64,000 nt of DNA from a virus: positions 160,001 through 224,000 of IMG/VR virus record IMGVR_UViG_3300045988_137032; one strand, written 5' to 3'. The notes beneath the pieces were generated by a model that had not been told where the DNA came from, did not search any database, and saw nothing but the letters and a program-made list of their open reading frames with translations. Shown in pieces: positions 1-10,358 of this stretch (its first letter is position 1; each line of letters begins with the position of its first letter). The translations under genes and the position numbers were made by a program.

Positions 1-45
1 CGAGAAACTATTACATCAATTCTTAAAAGAAAGGATGATTTTTCT

Positions 46-588
46 ATGGCTGATATTGGTCAGAATCTTAAGAGTGCCATTTTTAAGAAGAAGATTGGTA
101 ATATCGTCTATGAGCTGATGTTCAAGACGGTTACTGATGTCGTCTATACTATGGATGGCACTACTCTTACTGACGAAATCAAGTCTCTGAAGAATGCTGT
201 ATCACAGTGTCCTGATGAGAGTCGACTGACTGATCTTGAGAAGAAGTTTGCTAACCTCGTTCAGGATGCTCCTGAGGCATACGATACTCTGCTTGAGATT
301 AGTCAGTATATTTCTACTCACAAGGATGAGTATGATGCTCTGCTTGCTGTTGCTGGAAATAAGGTCGATAAGGTTGAAGGTAAGGCACTGTCTTCCAATG
401 ACTTTACTGATGCTTTCCTGACAAAGCTTGATGAGCTTTATACTAAGGCTCAGATCGATATGAAGTTCAGTGATATCACTACAACTTACGATGCTGCAAT
501 TGAGGGGATCAATCATAAGATCAACTCTCTTGAGTATTCTAAAGTCACTGTAGTTGATGAGAATACGATTGAACTTGAGCTGCTGTAA
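46..588 (+). CDS. tail-fibre-like structural protein
   Basis: ATG follows an AAAGGATGA RBS. Contains DAPEAYDTLLEISQYI and KVEGKALSSNDFTD, which I associate with phage tail-fibre repeat modules. Hairpin terminator follows at 594-634. Confidence 0.5.
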   Translation: MADIGQNLKSAIFKKKIGNIVYELMFKTVTDVVYTMDGTTLTDEIKSLKNAVSQCPDESRLTDLEKKFANLVQDAPEAYDTLLEISQYISTHKDEYDALLAVAGNKVDKVEGKALSSNDFTDAFLTKLDELYTKAQIDMKFSDITTTYDAAIEGINHKINSLEYSKVTVVDENTIELELL

Positions 589-593
589 CTAAT

Positions 594-634
594 AAAACGG
601 ATAGTCTTATTTCTATATGAGACTATCCGTTTTT
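594..634 (+). terminator. rho-independent terminator
   Basis: AAAACGGATAGTCT / AGACTATCCGTTTT stem followed by a T run. Confidence 0.75.
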
Positions 635-704
635 AGCCATATACATGGATGACAATACACTAATCAAAGCTATTCCATATAAATATAATAAGAAAGGAAC
701 GTGA

Positions 705-1961
705 TTGCCGATGCGGTTCAATGGTGATTCTTTATCAGATATCGAAAATGGATTCGCTAGTTTGAAGACCTCTAATAGTGATCTTCGTGCTGCTGGTCAA
801 ATCAGTGATGGTGTAAAAGCATTGCTTGGTACACCTGTCACGGTTGAAGTGATTCACCCGAAGAATTCCAGTGACGTTTGTGATGTCATGAGTATTTATC
901 CATCACAAGCAACTGTAGATGCTCTCGTTGACGCTATTGTGCAGAATAAGCCGGATAAAGAAATCTGTGATATCTGGCGTAAATCTGCTTCTTGGATTAT
1001 CGAAATTGATGACCGTATTCTGGGTGATAAGTGTGGTTTGACTCCTAGAGAACTGACTGCATTGATTCTCCATGAAGTTGGCCATGCCGTTGAAAATTCC
1101 GATACTCCTATGCGGATGTGTAAAGTCATTAAGCTTCAGCTTGCTACTGCTGATAAGCTTTCTAAGGAGATTACAAAGGATTCTATCTTCAGTAAGATTC
1201 TTGCTCTTCCGATTCTGAATGCTGGTGCATTCAATCGAAATCGTGAGAGTATGAAAAAAGAAATGAATGCAGACCGTTATGCAATTAATAACGGTTATGG
1301 TAGAGACCTGAATAGTGCTATCGACAAGATCCTTGGTCATGTCGGTGACTCTAAAACAACTCCTGATGAAGACATGGCTACCCTGATGAACTTCAGTGTA
1401 GATACTGTCAATAACATGCAGAAGCGTCAGGATGTTATCGTACGTAGGAATTTCTTTGCTATGCTGAAGAGTACTCCGAGTAGAGTTACTCGTAATGCTC
1501 TGAATTCTATCAGTAAGCGATTCGTTGGTGAATCTGCTGAAGATATAACAGAGCAGAGCGAAGCTCATTATAATTTCATCCATAATCGTCTAGATGCTAT
1601 TACGGAGCGTACAGAAGATCTCGATACTTATCTTGAGTTTAATTTCCCCGGTAAAGTTCATCGTATGAAGAAACTTGATCCTATGGAGATTGACTACATT
1701 GGTCTTGAAGTCAATAACATCAAAACCAATGATGACAAGATTATGGTAATTAGCTACATCTATTCAAAGCTAGATGTCATTGATTACTACATTGCACTGA
1801 TTGATAGTAATAACCCGAAGTATGTCATTCCTCACACAAGAGAGTCTCTTGTGAGAATGCGTAATACTCTGAATAACTATCGTCTCGCTGCAATCAATAA
1901 GAAACTTCCTGAAGTGAAGTATGGTATTAACTATCAGTATCCTGCTGGATATGAGGGTTAA
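705..1961 (+). CDS. hypothetical protein with HExxH zinc-metalloprotease motif
   Basis: 418-aa ORF with GAAAGGAA RBS upstream. LILHEVGHAVEN contains HExxH. No other family assignment possible; start (TTG 705 or ATG 711) uncertain. Confidence 0.45.
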   Translation: MPMRFNGDSLSDIENGFASLKTSNSDLRAAGQISDGVKALLGTPVTVEVIHPKNSSDVCDVMSIYPSQATVDALVDAIVQNKPDKEICDIWRKSASWIIEIDDRILGDKCGLTPRELTALILHEVGHAVENSDTPMRMCKVIKLQLATADKLSKEITKDSIFSKILALPILNAGAFNRNRESMKKEMNADRYAINNGYGRDLNSAIDKILGHVGDSKTTPDEDMATLMNFSVDTVNNMQKRQDVIVRRNFFAMLKSTPSRVTRNALNSISKRFVGESAEDITEQSEAHYNFIHNRLDAITERTEDLDTYLEFNFPGKVHRMKKLDPMEIDYIGLEVNNIKTNDDKIMVISYIYSKLDVIDYYIALIDSNNPKYVIPHTRESLVRMRNTLNNYRLAAINKKLPEVKYGINYQYPAGYEG

Positions 1962-2010
1962 TATAAGTAACAAGTAGTTATTATACTTTTTAGATTAAGC
2001 AGATTCTGAG

Positions 2011-2058
2011 AAAAAAAATAAGGCTGTGTGGTTTTTACATCACACAGCCTTATTTTTT
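2011..2058. terminator. bidirectional terminator
   Basis: A run, stem AAGGCTGTGTG / CACACAGCCTT, T run. Confidence 0.8.
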
Positions 2059-2064
2059 ATAAGC

Positions 2065-2886
2065 TTAGCTCCACATCAGGTTGGTATAATCGCCAACTCC
2101 AACGACGTACTTCATAAAGAGGTTGAAGTTACTATCATGATATACTTCAAACCCACGATATGCACGTTCCTGAAGGATACCGAGATCCATTGCACTCAGA
2201 TCATCACCAGGCATATAGCCAACATCTTCCATGCTATTGAGGCTATTGCCGAGATTAATGAAAGCAAGGAACTGATTGGTATACACCTTACCGACAGTCA
2301 GTCTCTGAGCATCACGAGCATTGACAAGGAAGGATTCACCTTCATAAGGGCCGTCGTTAAAATGGCAACGATACATCTTGTTGTACTCAGTCTCTGCTTC
2401 CAGACTATCAACGGTGAAGTTGTAATTCGTGGAACTATAAAGAGACTTCTTTGCCATAGTAGTTCCAAATACATCAACAAGGTCGTTGTTGTAAGCAGTA
2501 ACACCCTTGAGCGCATTCATAGCATAGCTATTATGCTCAGGACTATTGTGCCCGGGATCGCTCGGATAAATTGCACAATACAGATCAACGTATCTCAGAT
2601 AGATCTGCGAAAACTGTGCATTGTCACGATCAGGACGATTTTCTTTCATGGTTGCAATTGCAATCATATCATCTGCAATAGCAGTCTCACAGATGTTCCA
2701 GAAATCGTCAGGCTGGTACTTAGATGCCAGAGCATCCAACTCGGACTTGTCGATGGTATCACGGTATGCAAGAGTACGGACTTCTTCCTCAGTAGGCCAA
2801 GGATCAAGCCAACCAGCACTTGCAGGCATAGCAAACATTGAAATGCACATTACCAGTGCAACCATCATTGATACGAACTTTTTCAT
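2065..2886 (-). CDS. secreted protein of unknown function (signal peptide)
   Basis: ATG at 2886 lies 7 nt after AAAGGAGAG. N-terminus MKKFVSMMVALVMCISMFAMPASA/GW looks like a Sec signal peptide with an AxA cleavage site. The longer track ORF (to 2925) lacks an RBS. Confidence 0.55.
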   Translation of the reverse strand: MKKFVSMMVALVMCISMFAMPASAGWLDPWPTEEEVRTLAYRDTIDKSELDALASKYQPDDFWNICETAIADDMIAIATMKENRPDRDNAQFSQIYLRYVDLYCAIYPSDPGHNSPEHNSYAMNALKGVTAYNNDLVDVFGTTMAKKSLYSSTNYNFTVDSLEAETEYNKMYRCHFNDGPYEGESFLVNARDAQRLTVGKVYTNQFLAFINLGNSLNSMEDVGYMPGDDLSAMDLGILQERAYRGFEVYHDSNFNLFMKYVVGVGDYTNLMWS

Positions 2887-2955
2887 GTTTTTCTCTCCTT
2901 TGTTTTCGCTTTCGTAATCGTACAAATAAAGATATTAATTATCTTTATTCACCAG

Positions 2956-2973
2956 TATAATATATCATTATAT
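2956..2973 (+). promoter_or_regulatory. AT motif copy 1 (TATAATATATCATTATAT)
   Basis: Lies in the divergent spacer between 2065-2886(-) and terL(+). The right half gives TATATT. Confidence 0.6.
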
Positions 2974-3024
2974 TTTAGATTTATTGATGAAGACGTTACT
3001 TTAATCAATGGAGGTGATATAACA

Positions 3025-5217
3025 TTGGGTAATCGCATTAAGCGAATCGGAAATAAATACTATGACACTGGTACTTCGAATAAAAGTTTCCTCCAAGTAG
3101 CAAAAGACTTAAAAAGTCTTGGTATCCATAATTACTACTTTATGCTGGAAATTTATGATTATAGTCTGGTGAATATTGATCCTTATGCAGAGAATCTGAC
3201 AAGAGATCAAATCTCCAGAATTATGACAGAGTGTACCAGAAACCCATGGTATTATCTTCGAGAAATTTGTAGGATTCCTGACCAGGGCGGTGTTGGTATT
3301 CCATTTAAAGCAAATCGTGGTAATATCGCACAGACATGGTTAACCTTGCATGGTATCGATTCATGGCTATGCTTGCCTCGTCAGCAAGGTAAAACTATCT
3401 CATTCCTTTGCTTACTAGCATGGGCATATTCTTTCGGTACCAACAACTCTACCTTTATTTTCGTAAATAAGGATAGTGGAAATGCTAAGGAAAACTTACA
3501 ACGTCTGAAAGATATTATTGACTGCTTACCGGAATTCTTACGCTTTGACCAGATTATGGAAGAAGACGAAAATGGTAAGGTGAAATTGGTTAAGGCTGCA
3601 CGTAATGCTACTAGCATGAAGCATCCTATTACAAAAAACCGTATCATCATCAAACCAAAAGCAACTTCCTATGAGTCTGCATTGTCACTGGCTCGTGGTC
3701 TTACTTCTCCTATTCTACATTTTGACGAACCTGAGTTTACTCCGTATATCAAAACGATTATCGAGAACTCAGTATCAACCTTTGAAACTGCATCGAGGAA
3801 CGCTAAGAAAAATGGTGCTATGTATTGCCGGGCCTTCTCTTGTACCCCAGGTGACTTGGATACCTCCATGGGACAAGAAGCACAAGAAGTTCTATCGCAT
3901 ACTACGAAGTGGTCTGAGCACATGTATGATATGCGATACGATTCACTTAACGATGACAAGAATGAGCTTCTTCAGTACGTCAAAAATAACGGTGGAAACG
4001 GAATCGTATATATCGAATACTCTTATAAGCAACTTGGCCTCACGGACGAGTGGCTTCGGAATATGTACAATAAGATTCAAAACCCCGTCGTTGTAAAACG
4101 TGAGATTTTGCTTCAAAGAATTCGTGGTAGTAGTGATTCTCCGTTCGATCAGGAAGATATTGAATATATGGCATCTATGGTGAAACCTATCGTTGATGAG
4201 TTGTATCTGTGTGACCATTTCAGATTCGATATCTATAAGAAGCTTGAGAGACTTACTCCATACTTAGTAAGTATCGACTGCTCTACTGGTACCAACGGAG
4301 ACTCAAATGCTATTACAATTATCAACCCGTATACGGTAAGACCTGATGCTGAATTCAAGTGTCCGTATATTGGTGAGACACAATTCGAAAAACTCATCAT
4401 TGAGTTAGTCCAGGAGCATCTTCCTAGAGCATGTATCATCATAGAGAGAAACTCTGTTGGTGATGGCATTATCGATCATCTTCTGAATTCTCCTATTAGA
4501 TCAAATCTTTATTTTGATAAGAATAAAGACTTGGTTGAATCGAATCTTGCCGAGCAGTCGAATGTCGTCAGTATGCTGAAGCGTCAAGGAGATCAAAAGA
4601 AGTTCTATGGCGTTTATACCGACAATAAGAGTCGTGAAGATATGATGGCTATTCTGTTTAGACGAGTGGCTGAATTCAAAGACGACTTTGTTACTAAGAA
4701 TATCACCGATGATATTGCCCATCTTGTACGGTTTAAGTCAGGAAAGGTAGCTGCACAAATTGGTTTCCATGATGACTCCATTATGTCTTACCTCATCGGT
4801 ATGTATGTATGGTACCATGGTAACAACTTAAGTATGTGGGGCATCGTGAAGGGAGCTAAGGAGATTGAGAACCAAAATCAAGGTCTCCATAGATCCGTTG
4901 AAGATATTGAGAATATGGATATTCTTCCTGCTGATACAATAGAAGCTATGAAGAGGCAGGAGAAAGTCCGTAAGGAAAATGACTATGAGAAGATTATGAG
5001 AGAAGCTCTCATTAAAGCTCAGAGAGAATCCCTTGAACTCCATAGGAAGGGTCTTGTTGAAAATGAGACTCTTGATAAATCCCAGGATGTACAACTGGAA
5101 GAAATCTATGGTAATAATTCCATTGATATGAGTTTCTTCGATGAGATGAACGGTATGGGTTCTGATAATGGGTCTTCTTCTAATCTTTCAAATTTTGATT
5201 TCTTAAATGGCTTTTAA
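3025..5217 (+). CDS. terL: terminase large subunit
   Basis: TTG start after GGAGGTGA. Walker A-like PRQQGKT and Walker B ILHFDEPE. RNaseH-like nuclease motifs VSIDCSTGTNGDS, IIIERNSVGDG and GFHDDSIMS. Confidence 0.85.
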   Translation: MGNRIKRIGNKYYDTGTSNKSFLQVAKDLKSLGIHNYYFMLEIYDYSLVNIDPYAENLTRDQISRIMTECTRNPWYYLREICRIPDQGGVGIPFKANRGNIAQTWLTLHGIDSWLCLPRQQGKTISFLCLLAWAYSFGTNNSTFIFVNKDSGNAKENLQRLKDIIDCLPEFLRFDQIMEEDENGKVKLVKAARNATSMKHPITKNRIIIKPKATSYESALSLARGLTSPILHFDEPEFTPYIKTIIENSVSTFETASRNAKKNGAMYCRAFSCTPGDLDTSMGQEAQEVLSHTTKWSEHMYDMRYDSLNDDKNELLQYVKNNGGNGIVYIEYSYKQLGLTDEWLRNMYNKIQNPVVVKREILLQRIRGSSDSPFDQEDIEYMASMVKPIVDELYLCDHFRFDIYKKLERLTPYLVSIDCSTGTNGDSNAITIINPYTVRPDAEFKCPYIGETQFEKLIIELVQEHLPRACIIIERNSVGDGIIDHLLNSPIRSNLYFDKNKDLVESNLAEQSNVVSMLKRQGDQKKFYGVYTDNKSREDMMAILFRRVAEFKDDFVTKNITDDIAHLVRFKSGKVAAQIGFHDDSIMSYLIGMYVWYHGNNLSMWGIVKGAKEIENQNQGLHRSVEDIENMDILPADTIEAMKRQEKVRKENDYEKIMREALIKAQRESLELHRKGLVENETLDKSQDVQLEEIYGNNSIDMSFFDEMNGMGSDNGSSSNLSNFDFLNGF

Positions 5218-5220
5218 AGC

Positions 5221-5267
5221 ATAATAAGACTCCAAGTACTTACAGTTAGTACTTGGAGTCTTATTAT
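5221..5267 (+). terminator. terminator after terL
   Basis: 19-bp stem ATAATAAGACTCCAAGTAC / GTACTTGGAGTCTTATTAT. Confidence 0.7.
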
Positions 5268-5663
5268 AAACTGAGCATGGGAACCATAGCTCGATCAATA
5301 ATCGGAGCGCATGTGTGTTTGCATCATGAACAGAAAAACCATGACGAAAGAACGTAGTATGAAACCCTGAGAAAAGACCACAAATGAAAGCAAACCTGAT
5401 CACTGTATGTTCACAAAGGAGGTTGTGACTTCTGAAAACTCGAAAGGAATCTTTTATGGAGGTCGAAAATGGTGTTATTACGCTCAACGATAAAAAGCGA
5501 TGATCGTTGTTAAGCAGCAATATGGTATATCCATCATGCTCAATTTACACATCTGTTATACCTATATTTTAAATTAAACGGTTCTCTAGTAGTTTATTAC
5601 TATACAAAGCACATCCTATTAATATCCCTAAAGCAATAACGTAAAGAAAGGACTGTAGTAATT

Positions 5664-7466
5664 ATGATTAATACCCTACAAAGTAGTCTGTCTCAGGCCA
5701 AGGAGCTTCTTGATGCCATGGATGAGCAGATTAAGATGTATGATGGCGTGATTGATTCCATGATTACAAATCATGGTTTTAACAAGCGTCTGCGTGATGT
5801 TCTCAGTAAGATGTCGAAGGAAGCTGTTGAGCAGATTGATTCTGCTAAAGTGGATCGCATCATTACGTTCACTCAGAGCAAGCTGGATGAGATCAACGCT
5901 GCTAAGGATGAAGATACTGACGAGAAGAAGGCTATGACCTTCAGTGAGTACTGCATCTCTTGCTTTAAGGAAATTTATGATTGCTGTGTGCAGTACGCTG
6001 ATGCAATCAAGGAGAAAGATAATCTGGATAAGGAGATTCGTGATATCACGAATAAGAGCTATGATGCTTCCACTTCCAGCAAGGCTCGTCTTGAGAAGGT
6101 TGAGTCCCTTGAGAAGCAGCTTGATTCTGAAGCCGATCCTGATAAGAAGGCTAAGATTCAGAAGATGTTGAATACTGTCCGTAAGACGGAAGATCTGTCT
6201 TTCCTTACGGAGCGTATTGTGAAGATTGGTGATAACGAAGTTCGTAATATCATCAACACCTTTTTCCATCAGAAGCGTTCTTCTCTGATCATGGATAAGT
6301 TCCGTATCCGTATCAAGCGTCTCGGCTATGATGAGAATACCTACAAGATGTTCTTTAACATCGAGGAGATGTTCCTTCCCGAAGAGTATTATCCCATGAA
6401 CAACATGTTCCTATTCATGGCTATGCGCTTCATCTCTTATGCAGATACCAATAACAAGGATGACGCTCTGTTCTGCTCTTCCCTGCTGATCAAGATGTAT
6501 AATCTGGTCTATCATCGTTTTTCTACTCCTGAAGAGGAAGCGGAATTCATCAATCAGATTAAAGCGGTCGATGATTACTTCGCTCCCTATAAGGAAACCC
6601 TTATTGAGAAGAACGTCACTTCTCCGAATCATCCTGCCCGTCAGGAAGCACATCGTGAGAACGAAGCACGTCTTCGTGAATCCCTGTGCAATGCTATCAT
6701 TGCTCACGGTGAGAAGCTCACAGATGAAGTCGTAAAGATGGGCATCAAGGAACTCAAGGAGTATCTGGAAAAGATCGTAGCTTACGAAAAGGCTAAGAAG
6801 GATGCTGAAGTTGATAGCTTCGTTTCTGAAATTGAACCTGAGAAGGTTGATTCTGACAATGAAGAAGCCGAGGATTATGTGCCGGAAAATCCTGAGGAGG
6901 ATAATACTGTCGCATTCCCCGATATGAGAGCTGCTGCTGATGCTCTTGAGGCTGAAGTCGATCAGAAGATCATGGGTGAGACTATCCCCGATGAAGATGA
7001 GCATGTTGTCGATGAGCAGAAGGTAGATGATACTACCGAGCACGCTGAGCATAAGGTAATTCTCCATCCTATCTACGATAAGGCTGATAGCGGGACAAAT
7101 GAAACTGTTGCAGAGCCTCAGTACGTTGATGAAGATCATTATCAGGAGGCTAAGGAACTCCATGAGTCTCGTGCATATGAGTCTATGGTCATCGAGCGTC
7201 GTGGTGATGTGAATATCCCTGTGGCTTTTGATATGACGAATCAGTATGCATACGTCGACAACTATGGCGATATCTACGTACCTACTATCGACGGTAAGGC
7301 ATACGACTTCTACGATTCTCGTGATGGCCATCGTGTTGAACAGAACGTCGATGAGGTTGCTGTTCTCCAGCTGTGCTCTTCTGGTGCTGTTACCAAGAAG
7401 ATCTTCTCTAAAGGTATTCTGAATCCTACGCGTGATACTCTCAGCGATTTTAATTTCCGGGCTTAA
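5664..7466 (+). CDS. acidic, largely helical protein (scaffold or internal-head protein candidate)
   Basis: 600-aa ORF with AAAGAAAGGA RBS. Long Glu/Asp/Lys-rich helical stretches. Late-type codon usage (CTG, AAG, GAG). Function is inferred only from composition and position. Confidence 0.5.
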   Translation: MINTLQSSLSQAKELLDAMDEQIKMYDGVIDSMITNHGFNKRLRDVLSKMSKEAVEQIDSAKVDRIITFTQSKLDEINAAKDEDTDEKKAMTFSEYCISCFKEIYDCCVQYADAIKEKDNLDKEIRDITNKSYDASTSSKARLEKVESLEKQLDSEADPDKKAKIQKMLNTVRKTEDLSFLTERIVKIGDNEVRNIINTFFHQKRSSLIMDKFRIRIKRLGYDENTYKMFFNIEEMFLPEEYYPMNNMFLFMAMRFISYADTNNKDDALFCSSLLIKMYNLVYHRFSTPEEEAEFINQIKAVDDYFAPYKETLIEKNVTSPNHPARQEAHRENEARLRESLCNAIIAHGEKLTDEVVKMGIKELKEYLEKIVAYEKAKKDAEVDSFVSEIEPEKVDSDNEEAEDYVPENPEEDNTVAFPDMRAAADALEAEVDQKIMGETIPDEDEHVVDEQKVDDTTEHAEHKVILHPIYDKADSGTNETVAEPQYVDEDHYQEAKELHESRAYESMVIERRGDVNIPVAFDMTNQYAYVDNYGDIYVPTIDGKAYDFYDSRDGHRVEQNVDEVAVLQLCSSGAVTKKIFSKGILNPTRDTLSDFNFRA

Positions 7467-7482
7467 TTTAGCCTAAAAACAA

Positions 7483-7529
7483 AGGACTAATAGAAGACAG
7501 GTTCTCTTGTCTTCTATTAGTCCTATTTT
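7483..7529 (+). terminator. terminator
   Basis: 16-bp stem AGGACTAATAGAAGAC / GTCTTCTATTAGTCCT followed by ATTTT. Confidence 0.7.
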
Positions 7530-7553
7530 GCCAAAGAAAGGAGAAAATAGCCA

Positions 7554-8285
7554 ATGGGCGTATTTCGTAGCGATGGTAATAACATCTATCTGAATGCACC
7601 ATACTGTGAATTCTATATTCCGATGTATTATTTCGATTCATCAAAAACGAGTAGCTTCGCTGAAGATAATAACGAAACAATTCGAGTACTAGGTTTATTT
7701 GACGTTGGTGTTTTTGATGGTAGTGGAAAGCTTACTGAGATGAAGCTCTTCAACGTACCTACTATGGTCAACATCAACGTCTATGATAGCGAAGTTCGTG
7801 ATGTGAAACTTGGCAATGATGAAGTTACACAGTGTAAAGTTGTCAAGTATCTGAAAGATGCTAAGATTATGGTTTCCAGTACCGTTCAGGATGATGAAAA
7901 TTCAAAAGCTTATCTTCAGTATATCACTGGTGGTAATCTTCCTACTTTCATTCCATATTCAAAACTCCTTACTTTGTGGAGAAAGAATATGTCGTTGAAT
8001 GGAGTTTACTTTGGCGTTCCTTCTTGCTATCTGGAATTGATCCTAGCAGTTATGAATAGAAATCCTGCCGATCTGTCGCAGAAGTTTGCTACGATTGCAG
8101 GTAAAGAAAATGTAAGTGACTATGGTTATGCTACTGCATCCATTCGTCAGATTTGTCAGTATAACTCCACGTTTACTGCTCTTACTTACGAGGATATGGA
8201 TAGTATGATCACTTCTTCCCTTAATAGATCGAGGGAAAATAAGCAAGAAACCATTTCGCCAGTGGAACAGATTATTAAGTTTTGA
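7554..8285 (+). CDS. hypothetical structural protein
   Basis: 243-aa ORF with AAAGGAGAA RBS, immediately upstream of the sheath gene. Confidence 0.6.
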   Translation: MGVFRSDGNNIYLNAPYCEFYIPMYYFDSSKTSSFAEDNNETIRVLGLFDVGVFDGSGKLTEMKLFNVPTMVNINVYDSEVRDVKLGNDEVTQCKVVKYLKDAKIMVSSTVQDDENSKAYLQYITGGNLPTFIPYSKLLTLWRKNMSLNGVYFGVPSCYLELILAVMNRNPADLSQKFATIAGKENVSDYGYATASIRQICQYNSTFTALTYEDMDSMITSSLNRSRENKQETISPVEQIIKF

Positions 8286-8387
8286 AGCTTACAGCTTTGC
8301 AGCGTGAAAGCAATGAAAAACATGTTGCTTTCCGTTACATTTAACTAATCTGAATGATTTAAAATTCAAGAAAAGGAGTTGAGCGAT

Positions 8388-10331
8388 ATGCCCCAAGCCA
8401 CGCAAATTGTTCCTAAGTATCTGCATTCTCATGTAGAGACTTATATCAACGATTATACGCAGTTTGATGATTCCGCCAGTACGCCCGTAGATAACAACAA
8501 CAAGTTCATCTGCGTGTTCCGCTCTGGCAAAGGCCCTGACAATGTGCTTCTGAAGAAGGACGACCTGACTGACTTCATTGCCACTTATGGTAATTCCAAC
8601 TTCGCTAAGTACGGTCAGCCGCTTATGATGCCTATTGCTATGCTGACTTCTGGTAGCGCTACTGTTTACAGCATGCGCGTTATGCCTGATGATGCATTTG
8701 CTGCCAATAGCATTCTGCTGATGCAGTATCGTTTCGATGAGACTACCAAGAAGATGGTGATTCGCTATCGTACGAAGTATCTCGACAAGGCTGCACTGGC
8801 AACTATGGGTTCCGCTGGCTACAAGACTTCTAGCGCTTTCAAGAAGCAGCTTGAGCTTGCAGCACAGGCTGAAGTCAAGGAGTCCCTGACCGATGAGAAG
8901 GATGGTAAGGACTGGAAGCAGATTCCTATTGCCGTCTTCCGTATGTCTGGTCGTGGCGTCTATGGCAACAACTATCGTTGGCGCATCACCCGTAACTTCG
9001 AGTACGAGAACGACTACGGTATCATGATGTATACTTTCGAGTGCATCAATGCCGCTGGTTCTGGTGCCGAGGCTTCCTACGTTGGCTCTATCGTTTCTTC
9101 CAGCCAGTATCGTAACATCACTCTGATCAACGATATCCTGGATAACGAGGAGAAGGGTGCAGTCATGATGGACGTCGATATCCTCGAGGACTATGTCAAC
9201 GAGGCATACGATGAGTTCAAGGTCTTCCTGGAGACTCTGGATGACGTTCCTGAGACTCTGATCCCCACCAACGACACTTGGGATCCGTTCTTCGGTTTCC
9301 AGTGCAATAGCACCAGCCTTCATCCCAACATGGAAGTTATTGGTGAGTCTACTGATACCGAGGATATCGGTCTGAGCCGTGCTCAGGGTATTGCCCTGAT
9401 GGGTGGCGATGATGGTGCCTTCGGCAGTGATAACCCGACCGATGTCTTCAATGCTACCAACAAGTGCTATGTCGATGCATTCTCTGGTGAGTATGACTCT
9501 GTGATTCTGTCCAGCCGTCGTTCTCCCTGTGATGCTATCCTGGATGCTAACTATAACGCCGATGCTGAGCATGCTCAGTATGACGTTAAGGGCACCCTGT
9601 ATAACATGGCTCTGGCTCGTAACGATGCTCTGGTGTATCTGGATGCCGGCACTGAAACCAATAAGGCTTCTATCGACAACATGATCACCGAGTATGCTCG
9701 TTTCAATAGCCGTAATGCTGTCAAGGAGTTCCAGCACTATACTGTGAAGGATCCTGGTACTATGAAGAAGTGCGAGGTTACCGTCACTTACTTCTATGCT
9801 CAGAAGCTTCCCATCCACTATCAGAACTACGGTTCTTGGGTGCCGTTCGTCAAGGCTCGTTGCGAGCTGAGCGGCCATATCAAGAATACTCTGGAGCCTG
9901 CTGTGGATGATCTGGAGATGGAGCTGAAGGAGAAGCTGTACGTTAACCGTTTCAACTACTTCGAGACCATCGACGAGAACGTCTATCAGCGTGCTGCTCA
10001 GAACACTGCCCAGATGATCAATTCTGATCTGATGGAAGAGAACAACATGAACACCCTGTTTGCGCTGAAGAAGCAGCTTGAGCGTGACTGCTGGAACAGC
10101 CTGTACGACTTCACCTCTGTTGAGGATCGTGCTCGCTTCTCCGAGTCCGAGCAGGCTAAGTTCGCAAGCTGGATTGGCTCTCGTGTTGATACCCTGAGCA
10201 TCGTCTTTGACGCTAACGAGTGGGAGATGGAGCGTTCCATCGTCCATTGCTACGTCTCTGTCCAGTTCCGTAACATGATGAAGCGTGTTATCATCGAGAT
10301 CGATGTTAACAAGCGGAACTTCGAAGGCTAA
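8388..10331 (+). CDS. tail sheath protein
   Basis: ATG 8388 lies 8 nt after AAAGGAG. The N-terminal region (GKGPDNVLL..DFIATYGNS..GSATVYSMRV) follows the pattern of sheath N-termini. The C-terminal region (YVNRFNYFE..AAQNT, then FDANEWE..HCYVSVQF..IIEIDV) follows the pattern of sheath C-termini. A tube-like gene lies directly downstream. Codon usage is very biased. Confidence 0.65.
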   Translation: MPQATQIVPKYLHSHVETYINDYTQFDDSASTPVDNNNKFICVFRSGKGPDNVLLKKDDLTDFIATYGNSNFAKYGQPLMMPIAMLTSGSATVYSMRVMPDDAFAANSILLMQYRFDETTKKMVIRYRTKYLDKAALATMGSAGYKTSSAFKKQLELAAQAEVKESLTDEKDGKDWKQIPIAVFRMSGRGVYGNNYRWRITRNFEYENDYGIMMYTFECINAAGSGAEASYVGSIVSSSQYRNITLINDILDNEEKGAVMMDVDILEDYVNEAYDEFKVFLETLDDVPETLIPTNDTWDPFFGFQCNSTSLHPNMEVIGESTDTEDIGLSRAQGIALMGGDDGAFGSDNPTDVFNATNKCYVDAFSGEYDSVILSSRRSPCDAILDANYNADAEHAQYDVKGTLYNMALARNDALVYLDAGTETNKASIDNMITEYARFNSRNAVKEFQHYTVKDPGTMKKCEVTVTYFYAQKLPIHYQNYGSWVPFVKARCELSGHIKNTLEPAVDDLEMELKEKLYVNRFNYFETIDENVYQRAAQNTAQMINSDLMEENNMNTLFALKKQLERDCWNSLYDFTSVEDRARFSESEQAKFASWIGSRVDTLSIVFDANEWEMERSIVHCYVSVQFRNMMKRVIIEIDVNKRNFEG

Positions 10332-10358
10332 TACTAAGAAAGGAGCGTGAATTGAATT

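Noticed and set aside
2026-2841. 271-aa plus-strand ORF
   Set aside because: It starts inside the bidirectional terminator. The minus-strand partner has an RBS plus a signal peptide.
5203-5520. 105-aa minus-strand ORF in the terL-downstream spacer
   Set aside because: It reads through the terL terminator hairpin into the terL 3' end. It has no RBS.
5664-7466. Possibility that the 600-aa protein is a phage-nucleus shell (chimallin-like) protein, given the phiKZ-type RNAP fragments
   Set aside because: The size is similar, but the sequence is largely charged, helical and low-complexity. I cannot recognise any chimallin-specific feature, and no tubulin (GGGTGSG) gene is in the window.
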